A DNA stretch of 64,000 bases, taken from NCBI GenBank assembly GCA_964559875.1, contig CAZLJQ010000004.1, positions 5,820-69,819 of the forward strand. The letters are read 5' to 3'. Under the pieces are notes generated by a model that saw only the letters and a list, made by a program, of their open reading frames with translations, ran no database searches and was not told where the DNA came from. Below, one piece after another: positions 19,720 through 29,668 of the stretch (position 1 is its first letter; every line of letters begins with the position of its first letter). Made by a program: the position numbers and the translations under genes. The stretch comes from an uncultured Acidobacteriaceae bacterium (GTDB lineage: Bacteria; Acidobacteriota; Terriglobia; Terriglobales; Acidobacteriaceae).

Positions 19720-20682
19720 CTATTGTTGTTTTGTTGTTGTCTTTGCGCTCTCTGCCTGCTCGTGCGCATGGTAGCTGGAGCGCACCAGTGGGCCGGATTC
19801 AACGTGCTGGAAGCCCATCTTGCAGGCCTCTTGCTTGAGAAAGGCAAAATCTTCGGGAGGATACATGCGCTTGACCGGCAGGTGATCGCGCGAGGGAGCA
19901 AGGTACTGGCCGATGGTGAGGATGTTTACTTTGCAGGCGGCAAGATCGCGGCAGACCTGCAGCAGTTCTTCCATGTCTTCGCCTAAGCCGACCATGAGTC
20001 CGGTTTTCGTGACAGCCGTGGGCGAAAGCTGTTTGGCCATGGAAAGCAGCTTCAAGGTACGTTCATAACGAGCACCACTGCGGGCTACGCGATAGAGGCG
20101 AGGGACGGTCTCGGTGTTGTGATTCAGGATGTTGGGCTGGGCCTCGAGCACGATCTGAAGGCAGTCTTCGCGTCCCTGAAAGTCAGGGATAAGTACCTCG
20201 ACCGAACAGCCGGGCTCGAGACGGCGAATCTCGCGGATGGTTTCGGCGAAGACCTTGGCACCGCCGATGTTGTCATCGTCGCGGTTGACGCTGGTGACGA
20301 CGGCGAACTTGAGTCCGAGCTGAGCAACGGCTTCAGCAACGCGGCGCGGTTCGTCGAAATCGATTGCTTCGGGACGCCCCTTGGGCACAGCGCAGAAGCC
20401 GCATCGTCGGGTGCAGACGTTTCCGAGAAGCATGAAGGTCGCGGTGCGATGGTTCCAGCACTCGCCGATATTGGGACACTGGGCGGATTCGCAGACGGTG
20501 TGCAAGTCGAGACCGCGCGCCAGCTTCTTCAGCTCATGGTACTGCTCGCCCATGGGAGCCTTGGCGCGAAGCCAGGACGGCTTGGGAGCGCGTGCAGCAG
20601 AAACAGCCTGGATCTGGATAAGCTCGGGGGTCGCCATTGGTGTTAACAGTTTACGATGCCGAGGCCCGGAGAGGCGACTCAA
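19720..20682 (-). CDS. lipA: Lipoyl synthase
   Basis: Two cysteine clusters, [13 protein letters not shown] and [10 protein letters not shown] (radical SAM). An alternative start is MATPEL at 20637. Confidence 0.9.
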   Translation of the reverse strand: MSRLSGPRHRKLLTPMATPELIQIQAVSAARAPKPSWLRAKAPMGEQYHELKKLARGLDLHTVCESAQCPNIGECWNHRTATFMLLGNVCTRRCGFCAVPKGRPEAIDFDEPRRVAEAVAQLGLKFAVVTSVNRDDDNIGGAKVFAETIREIRRLEPGCSVEVLIPDFQGREDCLQIVLEAQPNILNHNTETVPRLYRVARSGARYERTLKLLSMAKQLSPTAVTKTGLMVGLGEDMEELLQVCRDLAACKVNILTIGQYLAPSRDHLPVKRMYPPEDFAFLKQEACKMGFQHVESGPLVRSSYHAHEQAESAKTTTKQQ

Positions 20683-20687
20683 AAGTC

Positions 20688-21065
20688 TTAGAGCGTTTTA
20701 AGGTAGGCGAGCAGAGCCTCGATCTGTGCTTCAGAGAGAGAGTTGCCGAAAGCAGGCATTTTGGCACGGCCGCGCACGATGACTTCCGTGATGCGATCAT
20801 CATTGGCTGGCATTCCGCTAGGCAGATACTGCTTTTTGTACAGGTTGTGAAGGCTGGGGCCGTGTAATCCGCGGCTGGAATAAGGCTCATGGCAGCGGGC
20901 GCAACTGGCATCAAAAACATGGCGACCAATGGCCTGGGGCGGGGTGAGTCCGAGTTCGGCATCGGACTTTCGGGGTTCGGCCTGGCAGCCAAGCATAAAG
21001 CAGGAAAGCAGGACGATCAGAGAGCTGCGAAGAGGCGGAGAAAAGAAGCGCGTGCGAGCTGTCAT
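20688..21065 (-). CDS. Class I c-type cytochrome (lipoprotein-like signal)
   Basis: Haem motif CARCH and a distal Met region ([26 protein letters not shown]). The signal peptide ends in LSCFMLGC. Confidence 0.8.
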   Translation of the reverse strand: MTARTRFFSPPLRSSLIVLLSCFMLGCQAEPRKSDAELGLTPPQAIGRHVFDASCARCHEPYSSRGLHGPSLHNLYKKQYLPSGMPANDDRITEVIVRGRAKMPAFGNSLSEAQIEALLAYLKTL

Positions 21066-21130
21066 GGGCTGAGATCAGGTACTATCTTATCGCTGTTATA
21101 TACGCTGGCCAAACCACTCAGGAGGAATCA

Positions 21131-21913
21131 TTGATATTTCGAAACAGATTGGCCGCACAAGGGAGTGGCGGAGCGGTGCGCCCGGCCTTTGAGGCAATTG
21201 CCGAGACGCAGCAGAGAGCTACAGTGAGTGATTGGTACGTGACTCAGCCGGATCACGCCCACATTTCTGGCGAATTGGCGGCGGCGTTCGATTCACGCAA
21301 GGTTCCAAATCTGAGCAAGGCGGTTTTGCGCGCGATTGCCGTGCACGACGTTGGCTGGATGCCGTACGACGGAGACATGACGTCGCCCGGCAAACCAATA
21401 GAGCTCAACCCGGGCGGCGTACTTTCATTTGCGAATACCGAGCCGGAGATGTTTTTGCGAGCGTGGTTGGGATCGATTCAGGCGGCGCAAAGCACTGGGG
21501 CGTTGGGAGGATTGCTGGTGAGTGAGCACTTTGCGCGGCTTACGCACATGTACCTAAAGCGCGGTGCAGGCACCCCGGAACAGCGCACGCTGGTGGAACA
21601 ATTTCTGTGCCGTGAAGCGGCCCGGGTGGAGCGCTTGAAGCCGCAGGCGGGACTGTCGGCCGAGGAGATCGAGGCGCTGATAGGGGTTCTGCAATTCTGC
21701 GATTTAGCCTCGCTATATTTTTGTGCCAATCCAGAGAGCCCCGTGGAACTGCCACAGACACTCAATGGGAGCCGAGTGCAGTTCTCCTTTGAGCAGGGCT
21801 CATTCCGGATGAGGCCGAATCTGCTGGACCATGTGCTGGTGGTGGAGATACCGTGCGTGCGCTGGGTGGAGGGACGGGCAGAGCGGGAGATAGTTCCCAT
21901 AAAGGTGCAGTGA
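21131..21913 (+). CDS. Hypothetical protein, possibly DUF3891-like
   Basis: TTG start 5 nt after AGGAGG. The His-containing motifs QPDHAHISGELAAAF and AIAVHDVGW resemble DUF3891. The family assignment is from memory only. Confidence 0.5.
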   Translation: MIFRNRLAAQGSGGAVRPAFEAIAETQQRATVSDWYVTQPDHAHISGELAAAFDSRKVPNLSKAVLRAIAVHDVGWMPYDGDMTSPGKPIELNPGGVLSFANTEPEMFLRAWLGSIQAAQSTGALGGLLVSEHFARLTHMYLKRGAGTPEQRTLVEQFLCREAARVERLKPQAGLSAEEIEALIGVLQFCDLASLYFCANPESPVELPQTLNGSRVQFSFEQGSFRMRPNLLDHVLVVEIPCVRWVEGRAEREIVPIKVQ

Positions 21914-21991
21914 TGTCGCAGTCTGGCAAGCAAGAAATCCTGGTTGCTTTCGCTTGCCGCTGGAACCATGCGAAAATAGATAAGTCCGCCT

Positions 21992-24301
21992 ATGAACACC
22001 CCTGAAAAACAGTCGCAGATCACGCCGGAGGTCATTCGCAATCACGGATTGAGCCCGGAGGAATACGAACGCATTCTGAAATGGCTAGGCCGCATACCTA
22101 CCATGACCGAGCTTGGCATCTTCAGCGTGATGTGGAGCGAGCACTGCTCCTACAAATCGTCGCGCGTGCATTTGAAAAGGCTGCCGACCAAAAGCAAGTT
22201 GGTCATGCAGGGACCGGGTGAGAACGCTGGCATCATTGACATTGGCGGCGAGTGGGCTTGCGCCTTCAAGATCGAATCGCACAACCATCCCTCGTTCGTC
22301 GAGCCGTTCCAAGGCGCAACCACCGGAGTGGGTGGAATCTTGCGCGACATCTTCACCATGGGCGCGCGTCCGGTGGCGGTGATGGATTCGTTGCGCTTTG
22401 GACCGATCACGCGCGAACACGAGTCCGGAATGGACCGCTCGACATTGCACAAGAATCACTCTGTGCTGGACGGAGTGGTCGGTGGCGTCGCCAGTTACGG
22501 CAACTGCTTCGGGGTGCCCAATGTGGGCGGCGAGACGCGCTTTGAGAGCTGCTACTCGGGAAATCCGCTAGTGAATGCCTTTGCTTTAGGTCTGGTAAAG
22601 AAGAACGAGATTTTTTACGCCTCGGCTTCGGGCGCGGGTAATCCAGTGATCTACGTCGGCTCAAAGACGGGAAAAGACGGGATTCACGGCGCCACTATGG
22701 CGAGCGAGGAGTTCAGCGAAGGCAGCGAGGCGAAGCGTCCGAACGTGCAGGTGGGCGATCCGTTCATGGAGAAACTGCTGCTGGAAGCTTGCCTGGAGGC
22801 GATGAAGACAGGCGCAATCGTTGGTATACAGGACATGGGCGCCGCTGGACTGACCTGCTCGACCTGCGAACTGGGTGGACGCGGCGGAGTAGGACTGGAG
22901 ATTGAGCTGGACCTGGTGCCGCAGCGCGAGACCGGAATGAGCAGCTATGAGATCATGCTCAGCGAATCGCAGGAGCGCATGCTGCTGGTGGCGGAAAAGG
23001 GCCGCGAGGAGGAAGTGTTCTCGGTCTTCCGCAAATGGGGGCTGGATGCGGTAACGGTGGGCCGGGTCATCGGCGAAAACACAATGCGGGTGTTGCAGCA
23101 CGGCGTTGCGGTGGCGGAGATTCCGAACGAGGCGCTGACCGACGATGCGCCGCTGTATCACCGCGAAGTGGGCGAGTGGACGGCTCCGGTGCCAAAGCAG
23201 AAACCCGGTGCACTGCAATTGGGAGCGAAGAGCCACTTCAATAGCGAGTTTCTCAAGCTGCTGGCGAGTCCGAATATCTGTTCGAAGCACTGGGTGTATG
23301 AGCAGTACGACTCGATGGTACAGACGAACACAGTGCAGGGACCGGGGTCGCTGGCGGGAGTGATCCGCATCAAAGGCACCGGGCGCGGGCTGGCAATGGC
23401 GCTCTATGGCAATGGACGCTGGTGCTATCTGGATCCGAGGCTGGGCGCCGCCCATAACGTGGCGCGGGCGGCGCGGATGGTGGCCTGCACAGGCGCGCAG
23501 CCAGTGGCGGCGACGAATTGCCTGAATTTCGGCAATCCGGAGAAGCCGCCGATCATGGGGCAGTTCTCCGAGGTGATTGATGGATTGTCCGAAGCGTGCA
23601 TCGCGCTGGAAACTCCGATCACAGGCGGAAACGTAAGCTTCTACAACGAAACCCTGGGCGAAGCGATTTACCCAACTCCGACGCTTGGCATCGTGGGAAT
23701 TCTGCAGGACGCGGCCAAGGCCGTGGGGGCAAATGCCGTTGGAGCCGGGCGTGTAATCGTTCTGCTGACGCCGGGACAGAAGGCACATAGCCGCGAGGAG
23801 CAGACCGAGTTTGGCTCCTCTGAATATGCCCTGCATGTGTTGGGCGAACTGTGGGGCGCGCCACCCATGCTGGACCTGAAGGCGGAAAAAGCTTTGCAGG
23901 AGCTGCTACAGACGTTGGCCGCAGAAGGACTCGTGGAATCTGCGCGCGACGTGGCTGAAGGCGGAATCGCCGTGGCGGTAGCTAAGTTAGCGTTTCCGCA
24001 GGGATTAGGCGCGGAGATTGATCTGATTTCGGCTGGACTCCCGGCCGAGTGCGTGCTGTTTGGCGAGGATGCATCGCGCGTGCTGCTGACCTGCAATGTT
24101 ACAAACGTGAGAACAATTGAAGAGATCGCGGTAAAATATGGATTGAACGCGCAGGCAATTGGCACCACTACCGGCAAAGAGTTTACCGTTCGGATTGATG
24201 GCTCGTCTGTCATTGAGGGTGAGGCTTTGGCCTTCAAAGAGAGCTGGCGGCTGGCGCTGGAACAGGCACTGCAGCCGAATCCGGAGTTTGCGCGAGCCTG
24301 A
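21992..24301 (+). CDS. purL: Phosphoribosylformylglycinamidine synthase subunit PurL
   Basis: [15 protein letters not shown] and [12 protein letters not shown] motifs, with the duplicated PurM-like architecture. Confidence 0.95.
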   Translation: MNTPEKQSQITPEVIRNHGLSPEEYERILKWLGRIPTMTELGIFSVMWSEHCSYKSSRVHLKRLPTKSKLVMQGPGENAGIIDIGGEWACAFKIESHNHPSFVEPFQGATTGVGGILRDIFTMGARPVAVMDSLRFGPITREHESGMDRSTLHKNHSVLDGVVGGVASYGNCFGVPNVGGETRFESCYSGNPLVNAFALGLVKKNEIFYASASGAGNPVIYVGSKTGKDGIHGATMASEEFSEGSEAKRPNVQVGDPFMEKLLLEACLEAMKTGAIVGIQDMGAAGLTCSTCELGGRGGVGLEIELDLVPQRETGMSSYEIMLSESQERMLLVAEKGREEEVFSVFRKWGLDAVTVGRVIGENTMRVLQHGVAVAEIPNEALTDDAPLYHREVGEWTAPVPKQKPGALQLGAKSHFNSEFLKLLASPNICSKHWVYEQYDSMVQTNTVQGPGSLAGVIRIKGTGRGLAMALYGNGRWCYLDPRLGAAHNVARAARMVACTGAQPVAATNCLNFGNPEKPPIMGQFSEVIDGLSEACIALETPITGGNVSFYNETLGEAIYPTPTLGIVGILQDAAKAVGANAVGAGRVIVLLTPGQKAHSREEQTEFGSSEYALHVLGELWGAPPMLDLKAEKALQELLQTLAAEGLVESARDVAEGGIAVAVAKLAFPQGLGAEIDLISAGLPAECVLFGEDASRVLLTCNVTNVRTIEEIAVKYGLNAQAIGTTTGKEFTVRIDGSSVIEGEALAFKESWRLALEQALQPNPEFARA

Positions 24302-24444
24302 ATTCGTCCAGGAAGTCAGTGCTGATGCTGACAGAAGTGTCAGTGCGGATTGGGACGGGGAGTAATGATGCACGGAACAACAGGCACGGCTCCGGCCGTG
24401 CCATTGCCTTCCATCGCGGCGCACAGGGCACAAGGCGGGTATAG

Positions 24445-25881
24445 ATGATCGAAATCGAGCTGGATAAGCTTCACGAGGAGTGCGGCGTGGTCGCCGTGTA
24501 CGGCAACCCCGAATCGGCCAAGCTGTGCTACCTGGGACTGCACGCCTTGCAGCATCGAGGCCAGGAATCGGCCGGCATTGCGGCCAGTGACGGCCGGCGA
24601 ATGACCGTGTATAAGTCTATGGGGCTGGTGGCGGATATCTTTAGCGAGGCGGTCCTGCAAAAGCTGGCTGGTAGCCATGCCATTGGACATACTCGCTACT
24701 CGACCGCCGGAGACTCGGCGCTGCTCAACGCGCAGCCGATTCAGGTGGACTGCAACAAGGGCCGGATAGCGATTGCACACAACGGCAACATCGTGAACGC
24801 TACAGAGCTCCGCAAACGCTTCGAGTTGGCCGGTTCGATCTTCCAGACCTCGAGCGATACCGAAATCGTACTACACCTGATTGCTCAGTCGCACGAGACT
24901 ACGCTTCCGGATGCGCTTGCTGACGCCCTGCGCCGCATTGAAGGCGCATTTTCATTTGTACTGGCGACCAGCGACCACATTTTCGCCGCTCGCGATCCGC
25001 GCGGCTTCCGTCCGCTGGCGATGGGGCACATCCCTGGCAAGGACGGACTGCCAGACTCCATCGTGTTTGCCTCTGAGACCTGCGCCTTCGATCTGCTGGG
25101 CGCTGAATATGATCGCGACGTGAAGCCCGGTGAATTAGTAGTGGTGGGAGCCGAGGGCGTGCGCTCACATTTCTATGCTCCGGCGCTGGCTCAATCGCAA
25201 TGCATCTTCGAGCAGGTGTATTTTGCGCGTCCGGACTCACTGGTGTTTGGCAAGAGCGTGCAGGAGTCGCGCGAACAGATGGGACGGCAGTTGGCACGTG
25301 AGGCCCCAGTGGACGCCGACCTCGTGGTGGGAGTGCCGGACAGTGGATTGACGGCAGCACTGGGCTACGCGCGTGAGAGCGGCATTCCATTGCAGTTCGG
25401 GCTAGTCCGCAATCACTATGTGGGCCGCACTTTCATCGAGCCAGAACAACGGGTGCGCGACTTTGGCGTGAAGCTGAAGTTGAACCCAGTGCGGCGACTG
25501 TTGGTAGGCAAAAGGGTGATCCTGATCGATGATTCGATTGTGCGCGGCACCACCAGCCAGAAGATTGTTCGCTTGGTGCGCGATGCGGGGGCAACTGAGG
25601 TGCACATGCGGATTTCATGTCCGCCGACAACTTCACCGTGTTATTACGGCGTGGACACGCCGGAGCGCCGTCAACTTATCGCAGCACGGAAATCGGTGGA
25701 AGAGGTGCAGGAGTTCATCGGCGCCGATTCGCTCGCCTATCTTTCGCTAGAAGGATTGCGTGCCTCCTGCGGAGAGCCGGTCGGCGATCCTCATTACTGC
25801 ACGTCCTGCTACACGGGCCACTATCCGACCGGCTATGTAGACCTGCTTGAGATTCGTCCGGCGGTTGCAGTGGCAAGATAA
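24445..25881 (+). CDS. purF: Amidophosphoribosyltransferase
   Basis: Short propeptide, then the nucleophile Cys (ECGVVAVYG), the PRTase motif (ILIDDSIVRGTT) and C-terminal Fe-S cysteines (CPPTTSPCYYG, YCTSCY). Confidence 0.95.
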   Translation: MIEIELDKLHEECGVVAVYGNPESAKLCYLGLHALQHRGQESAGIAASDGRRMTVYKSMGLVADIFSEAVLQKLAGSHAIGHTRYSTAGDSALLNAQPIQVDCNKGRIAIAHNGNIVNATELRKRFELAGSIFQTSSDTEIVLHLIAQSHETTLPDALADALRRIEGAFSFVLATSDHIFAARDPRGFRPLAMGHIPGKDGLPDSIVFASETCAFDLLGAEYDRDVKPGELVVVGAEGVRSHFYAPALAQSQCIFEQVYFARPDSLVFGKSVQESREQMGRQLAREAPVDADLVVGVPDSGLTAALGYARESGIPLQFGLVRNHYVGRTFIEPEQRVRDFGVKLKLNPVRRLLVGKRVILIDDSIVRGTTSQKIVRLVRDAGATEVHMRISCPPTTSPCYYGVDTPERRQLIAARKSVEEVQEFIGADSLAYLSLEGLRASCGEPVGDPHYCTSCYTGHYPTGYVDLLEIRPAVAVAR

Positions 25882-25901
25882 GATTGCTTCCAGAGATGAA
25901 C

Positions 25902-25934
25902 AAGGCCGCGGAATCTCCGTGGCCTTTGCTTTGC
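25902..25934. terminator. Hairpin between convergent purF and the Tmk-like gene (possible bidirectional terminator)
   Basis: AAGGCCGCGG-AATCT-CCGTGGCCTT (10 bp with one G-T pair) followed by TGCTTTG on the plus strand. Confidence 0.5.
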
Positions 25935-25949
25935 TCATTGTTCTGCCAT

Positions 25950-26654
25950 TTATGCGGCGGGAGCAGCTCCGGCGAGAGATTCTCCCTGACGCCGCCCAAG
26001 GACGCGCAGAAAGGCGGTCAGCACGGCGCGCTGAGCATCCTCGAGGGCAAGCGGGGGAATGACCGTTATGCTTCCCAGAAGCTGGGCCAGGCGAAAATAG
26101 GAGTTTCGCGATTCGTGCATGAAATCCAACGAGTACTCCGGTTTGCGGGCGCGCGCGGCGACCGGATCGGTATCCAACAGGATGGCTAGCTCCGGACGGG
26201 GCACAATCCATGCGAGCAGCTTGGCGTAGAAGGCCGAGAAGCGATTATTCAGCGGTAGATTGGCCAGTTCATCATAGAGATAACGGTCCATCACAATTAC
26301 CTGCGCTCCATCCAGACGGGCACGGGAGAGCACAAGCCGCAGGTGCACCGCGTCTGCCAGATAAAGCAAGTGGCGGGTCAGAGTGAGATAGGCGGAGTGC
26401 ACATTCTTGTCGCGGCGCTCGACCGGACGGCCGGGCTCACCGACCCCCTTTTCGCTACCCAGAACCTTGTGCACGAACCCCTCGCGAAATCTGGTGGCAA
26501 CCACCACGTCGTCCCAGAAGGTAATGAGCTCACTGGGCAGTCCGAGGTGAGCGATTGCTTCTCGCAGAGCAATGATCTGTGTCGTCTTTCCTGAGCCATC
26601 CAGCCCGGAGAAGCTGACCAGGATCGGTTCACTTAGATTCTGGCGCGATGACAT
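25950..26654 (-). CDS. Thymidylate-kinase-like P-loop kinase
   Basis: The P-loop FSGLDGSGKTTQ is the Tmk-type G-x-D-G-x-GK-T-T. This is the last gene of the 8-gene envelope operon. Confidence 0.65.
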   Translation of the reverse strand: MSSRQNLSEPILVSFSGLDGSGKTTQIIALREAIAHLGLPSELITFWDDVVVATRFREGFVHKVLGSEKGVGEPGRPVERRDKNVHSAYLTLTRHLLYLADAVHLRLVLSRARLDGAQVIVMDRYLYDELANLPLNNRFSAFYAKLLAWIVPRPELAILLDTDPVAARARKPEYSLDFMHESRNSYFRLAQLLGSITVIPPLALEDAQRAVLTAFLRVLGRRQGESLAGAAPAA

Positions 26655-26659
26655 GGCAC

Positions 26660-27166
26660 CTACTTCGCTGCCGCGCTGGCAGAGTGCGGCGGTGTGCTGG
26701 GGGTGGCGTGAGTGAGGCCATAGACCGTTCCAACGGCGATTCCCGCGGCTGCGACGGCCCCGAGCTTGATGACAAGCGACCTGTATTGATGCTGCTTGAC
26801 GGGCGCGATTGCGTTTCCGGCCGGGCGTGATGCGCCGCCTCCAGCGGTTTTCACCTGTTCAGCGGCGGCGGCGCCAAGCGGTTGCTGTTCTCCGGTTTGA
26901 GCAGGTTGAGAAGACTGCTTCGCCGGGGCTGCGGTGGCAGCGGGCTGCGGCGCGTCTGGCAGTGGGACTGTGCTTGGCTGCGAGTTGGCAGGGGGCGATC
27001 CACTGGGCTGCAAGGGACCGGCGGACGGATCGACGGAAACGCCGGACGTGGATTGCTGCTGCGGAGCGATCTGCTGAAACGGTTGGGCGGTTAAGTTGCC
27101 GGAGAACAGCAGCGCAACAACCAACAATGGGACTCCGAGACCGGTGGATCGTTGTTTCATCTTCAC
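26660..27166 (-). CDS. Secreted Pro/Gln/Ala-rich protein with a C-terminal hydrophobic segment (hypothetical)
   Basis: GAGGAG RBS, signal peptide (GLGVPLLVVALLFSGNLTAQP), a low-complexity P/Q/A/S region and a C-terminal LGAVAAAGIAVGTVYGL helix. Confidence 0.5.
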   Translation of the reverse strand: MKMKQRSTGLGVPLLVVALLFSGNLTAQPFQQIAPQQQSTSGVSVDPSAGPLQPSGSPPANSQPSTVPLPDAPQPAATAAPAKQSSQPAQTGEQQPLGAAAAEQVKTAGGGASRPAGNAIAPVKQHQYRSLVIKLGAVAAAGIAVGTVYGLTHATPSTPPHSASAAAK

Positions 27167-27204
27167 GTGAGTATCTCCTCAGGCCAGCGTGTGCCGATAG
27201 CGTC

Positions 27205-27963
27205 CTACTTTGAGTCTCCAACGACTTTCCCGGCGCGCACTGGGTTCATGCGGCCGTCGAGTGACGGGGCCCCGGATGCGTGAGACAGGCGGCGCAAGAC
27301 GCGGCTAACATCGGCGTCGCGGTCATAAAACAGGTTGCGCAGGCGGTTCTGTCCGTAGCGCCACAGGTTGGGCAGATTCGTCTCGTACCAGCATGAGCGC
27401 GGCATCTGGGAGGAAAATCCGCAGAAGATCCGGAACTGATGGCCGAACATGCCTGGGCTGGCAAGCAGCGCAGCGGTAAGTCGGTGATTTCCTTCCAGAA
27501 TGGTGACCGGATTGTGCTCATCGACCCCGATGAGTAGTACCGCACTCTGGTCGTGCTCATTCCGCAAGCGGTAGCTCAAGGCCTGTATGCGGGAGATAAA
27601 CTCGCGCTTGACGCCGGAAAACCTCACCGTGCGAATGCGGTTCACAATGTCGCGAAGCAGGAAACTTTCGCCTGCAATCTTGCGCCACTGGGCACGCGGA
27701 AATACTCTGACGAAGCTGAGATCGCCAGATTCGAGTTCCACCTCCCACCACTGGGTATCGTCGGGCACCTCGCGCCACATGTGTCCGCGGCGGCGAAAGA
27801 GCAGGGCACGGCGCAAGGCGTTCTCATCCTCATTGCCAAGGTCTGCCTCAAGCACCAGGCGTTCAAAGCTATTGCGATCCGCTTGAAACTCCTCGTGGTA
27901 AAACTCGTTCTTCAGGAATTCGGCAATGACTTCGGCCTCAGTGGCCCGTCTTAGCTTCTTCAT
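27205..27963 (-). CDS. Hypothetical protein with a ParB/Srx-like GxHR motif
   Basis: The ATG at 27963 overlaps the upstream stop (ATGA). The upstream in-frame extension to 28128 would lie inside the permease gene. The motif PVTILEGNHRLTAALL resembles the DGhHR core of ParB-like nuclease/sulfiredoxin folds. Confidence 0.6.
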   Translation of the reverse strand: MKKLRRATEAEVIAEFLKNEFYHEEFQADRNSFERLVLEADLGNEDENALRRALLFRRRGHMWREVPDDTQWWEVELESGDLSFVRVFPRAQWRKIAGESFLLRDIVNRIRTVRFSGVKREFISRIQALSYRLRNEHDQSAVLLIGVDEHNPVTILEGNHRLTAALLASPGMFGHQFRIFCGFSSQMPRSCWYETNLPNLWRYGQNRLRNLFYDRDADVSRVLRRLSHASGAPSLDGRMNPVRAGKVVGDSK

Positions 27964-29273
27964 GCTGCCTCCTGACCCAGACCCGGAACACGGCGAAAAA
28001 AAGGAATCGAAACAGCCACGAGCAACAGGCCACGGAGCACCTGCTGAACAATAATTACCTGCATCAGTGAGGCATGAAAGAAGGAGACAGTGAGAACGAT
28101 GAGCAGGCTCACCACCAGTTGCAGCCATCCAGTGTTGGCAATGCGTCGCGACATTTCGTAGGTGATCAACACGACGCAGACGGCATAGACAGCAGTGGCA
28201 ACTGCATTCATGGCCAGCAAATGCTCCACGCCGGCGCCGACCGGATGAAAGTCGCTGCCGAAGAGGGTGCGAATGACCAAGCCGGGAAAGCTGGCGAGAA
28301 AGACCACGAAGACGGTGGAGAGTCCGGCAACGAATAAGAGAGGTACGACCAGCACGCGGCGGCTGTCGCTCTCCGCCTGGCTGCCGGCCGAAACGGGAAA
28401 CATGGCACTGGTTACCGACCAGGTCGCAAAGTACAACAGGCGTCCGACCAGCGCGACGGCAGCATAGATGCCCGCTTCGCTGGGTGCGAAATAATGTTTA
28501 ACCATTAGTATGTCGACGTTGTTTATGATGACTTGGCCGACAAAAAAGATGATGGCCTGAATACCTTCCAATAGCGAGCCGGGCTTGTAGAGCGCGGGAG
28601 CCTGGCGCAGTTCACGGTCGTCCGTGGGAAGCAGGAAGGCGGCAAAGACGGAGAGCGATATTGCGCCGACCGCCCCCATCACTCCGAAACCTCCCATTAC
28701 AAGCACCATCGCTGCGATGAGCTTTACGAAGGCTTCGGCAGCCAGGTTAAGGCTGAGGCGAAGGAAGCGGCAGGTCCCTTGCATGCCGCCGCGGCGCACG
28801 CCGAGCGGTATGTAAAAAAGCATACCGAGGCCGAGCAGCACCACCAGCGTGGAAGAAGGCATTCGCAGGTAGGCGGCGATCCAGTTTCTGGCGCCAACAA
28901 AAAACGCCGCCAGCAGGAAGCCGGTTAGCCATGCGCGATGCATGAGGTATTGGTAGACTGCAGCGCGCTCGTCCGGAGGAGTCGTTTTGGCAATCAGCTT
29001 TGCAGTGACAAGCTGGTACGCGAGGTTAATGCAGGAGGCCAGCATGAGCAGCGTGACGGCAGCCGCAGCCTGGCTGAAATCTCCTGGACCGAGCAAGTGC
29101 GCGACCCCGATGTTGTAGCCAAAGTTGGCCAGCGACACAAGAACAGAACCGGCCAGCATGACAACGCCACCGGTAAACACCTTGCCCTCTGAGCCACCTG
29201 ACCTCAGAGTCTCGATTGCGGTGCGCATCCGAGATTGCGGCCAGGAGCCCAATGTCTGTTCGCGAACGCTCAC
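27960..29273 (-). CDS. PST/MOP-family polysaccharide transporter (Wzx/PelG-like)
   Basis: About 12 predicted TM helices and the typical flippase segment SEAGIYAAVALVGRLLYFATWSVTSAMFPV. Confidence 0.7.
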   Translation of the reverse strand: MSVREQTLGSWPQSRMRTAIETLRSGGSEGKVFTGGVVMLAGSVLVSLANFGYNIGVAHLLGPGDFSQAAAAVTLLMLASCINLAYQLVTAKLIAKTTPPDERAAVYQYLMHRAWLTGFLLAAFFVGARNWIAAYLRMPSSTLVVLLGLGMLFYIPLGVRRGGMQGTCRFLRLSLNLAAEAFVKLIAAMVLVMGGFGVMGAVGAISLSVFAAFLLPTDDRELRQAPALYKPGSLLEGIQAIIFFVGQVIINNVDILMVKHYFAPSEAGIYAAVALVGRLLYFATWSVTSAMFPVSAGSQAESDSRRVLVVPLLFVAGLSTVFVVFLASFPGLVIRTLFGSDFHPVGAGVEHLLAMNAVATAVYAVCVVLITYEMSRRIANTGWLQLVVSLLIVLTVSFFHASLMQVIIVQQVLRGLLLVAVSIPFFRRVPGLGQEAA

Positions 29274-29668
29274 GCCGCCTTCCTTTCGCCATTTCCAGCC
29301 GCCACCGGAGTAGAGCGGAACTGGCGGACCATGTTGGGGAGATATCCACTGAAGCTGTGCGCCGCCTCGGCAGAGCTGGCAAAGATTTCAAAGAGCCTGC
29401 TCGCCCGGGTTAAATCCAATACGATCTGCGCCTGCGGACTCAGCGAAGCCAGCTTCAAATCGCCATCCCGGCGCGAGGCCTCCTTCATGCACTGAAGCAG
29501 CATGTCCACTCCGGCGGCATCGATCCTGCGCACCAGCGAAAGGTCGAAGACGATCTGAGGACGGTCATGCTCCAACAGCGGCTTTACTTCTTCCAGAAAG
29601 GCCCGGGCTTGCTTCAGGTTCAGGTTCTCTGGAACGCGCTTTACGATCACAGGTCTACTCGTTTCCAT
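29270..29668 (-). CDS. STAS-domain protein (anti-sigma-antagonist fold)
   Basis: GGGAGG RBS 4 nt before the ATG at 29668. STAS core: IVFDLSLVRRIDAAGVDMLLQC...LKLASLSPQAQIVLDLTRASRLFEIF. The Ser that is normally phosphorylated (DSSG) is replaced here, giving DAAG. Confidence 0.75.
   Translation of the reverse strand: METSRPVIVKRVPENLNLKQARAFLEEVKPLLEHDRPQIVFDLSLVRRIDAAGVDMLLQCMKEASRRDGDLKLASLSPQAQIVLDLTRASRLFEIFASSAEAAHSFSGYLPNMVRQFRSTPVAAGNGERKAA

Noticed and set aside
22661-23836. 391-aa minus-strand ORF
   Set aside because: It lies fully inside purL on the opposite strand and is an Arg/His/Leu-rich shadow ORF.
27964-28128. 55-codon upstream extension of the 27205 ORF
   Set aside because: The extension would lie inside the permease coding region. 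The ATG at 27963 forms an ATGA overlap with the permease stop, which is the usual pattern of translational coupling.
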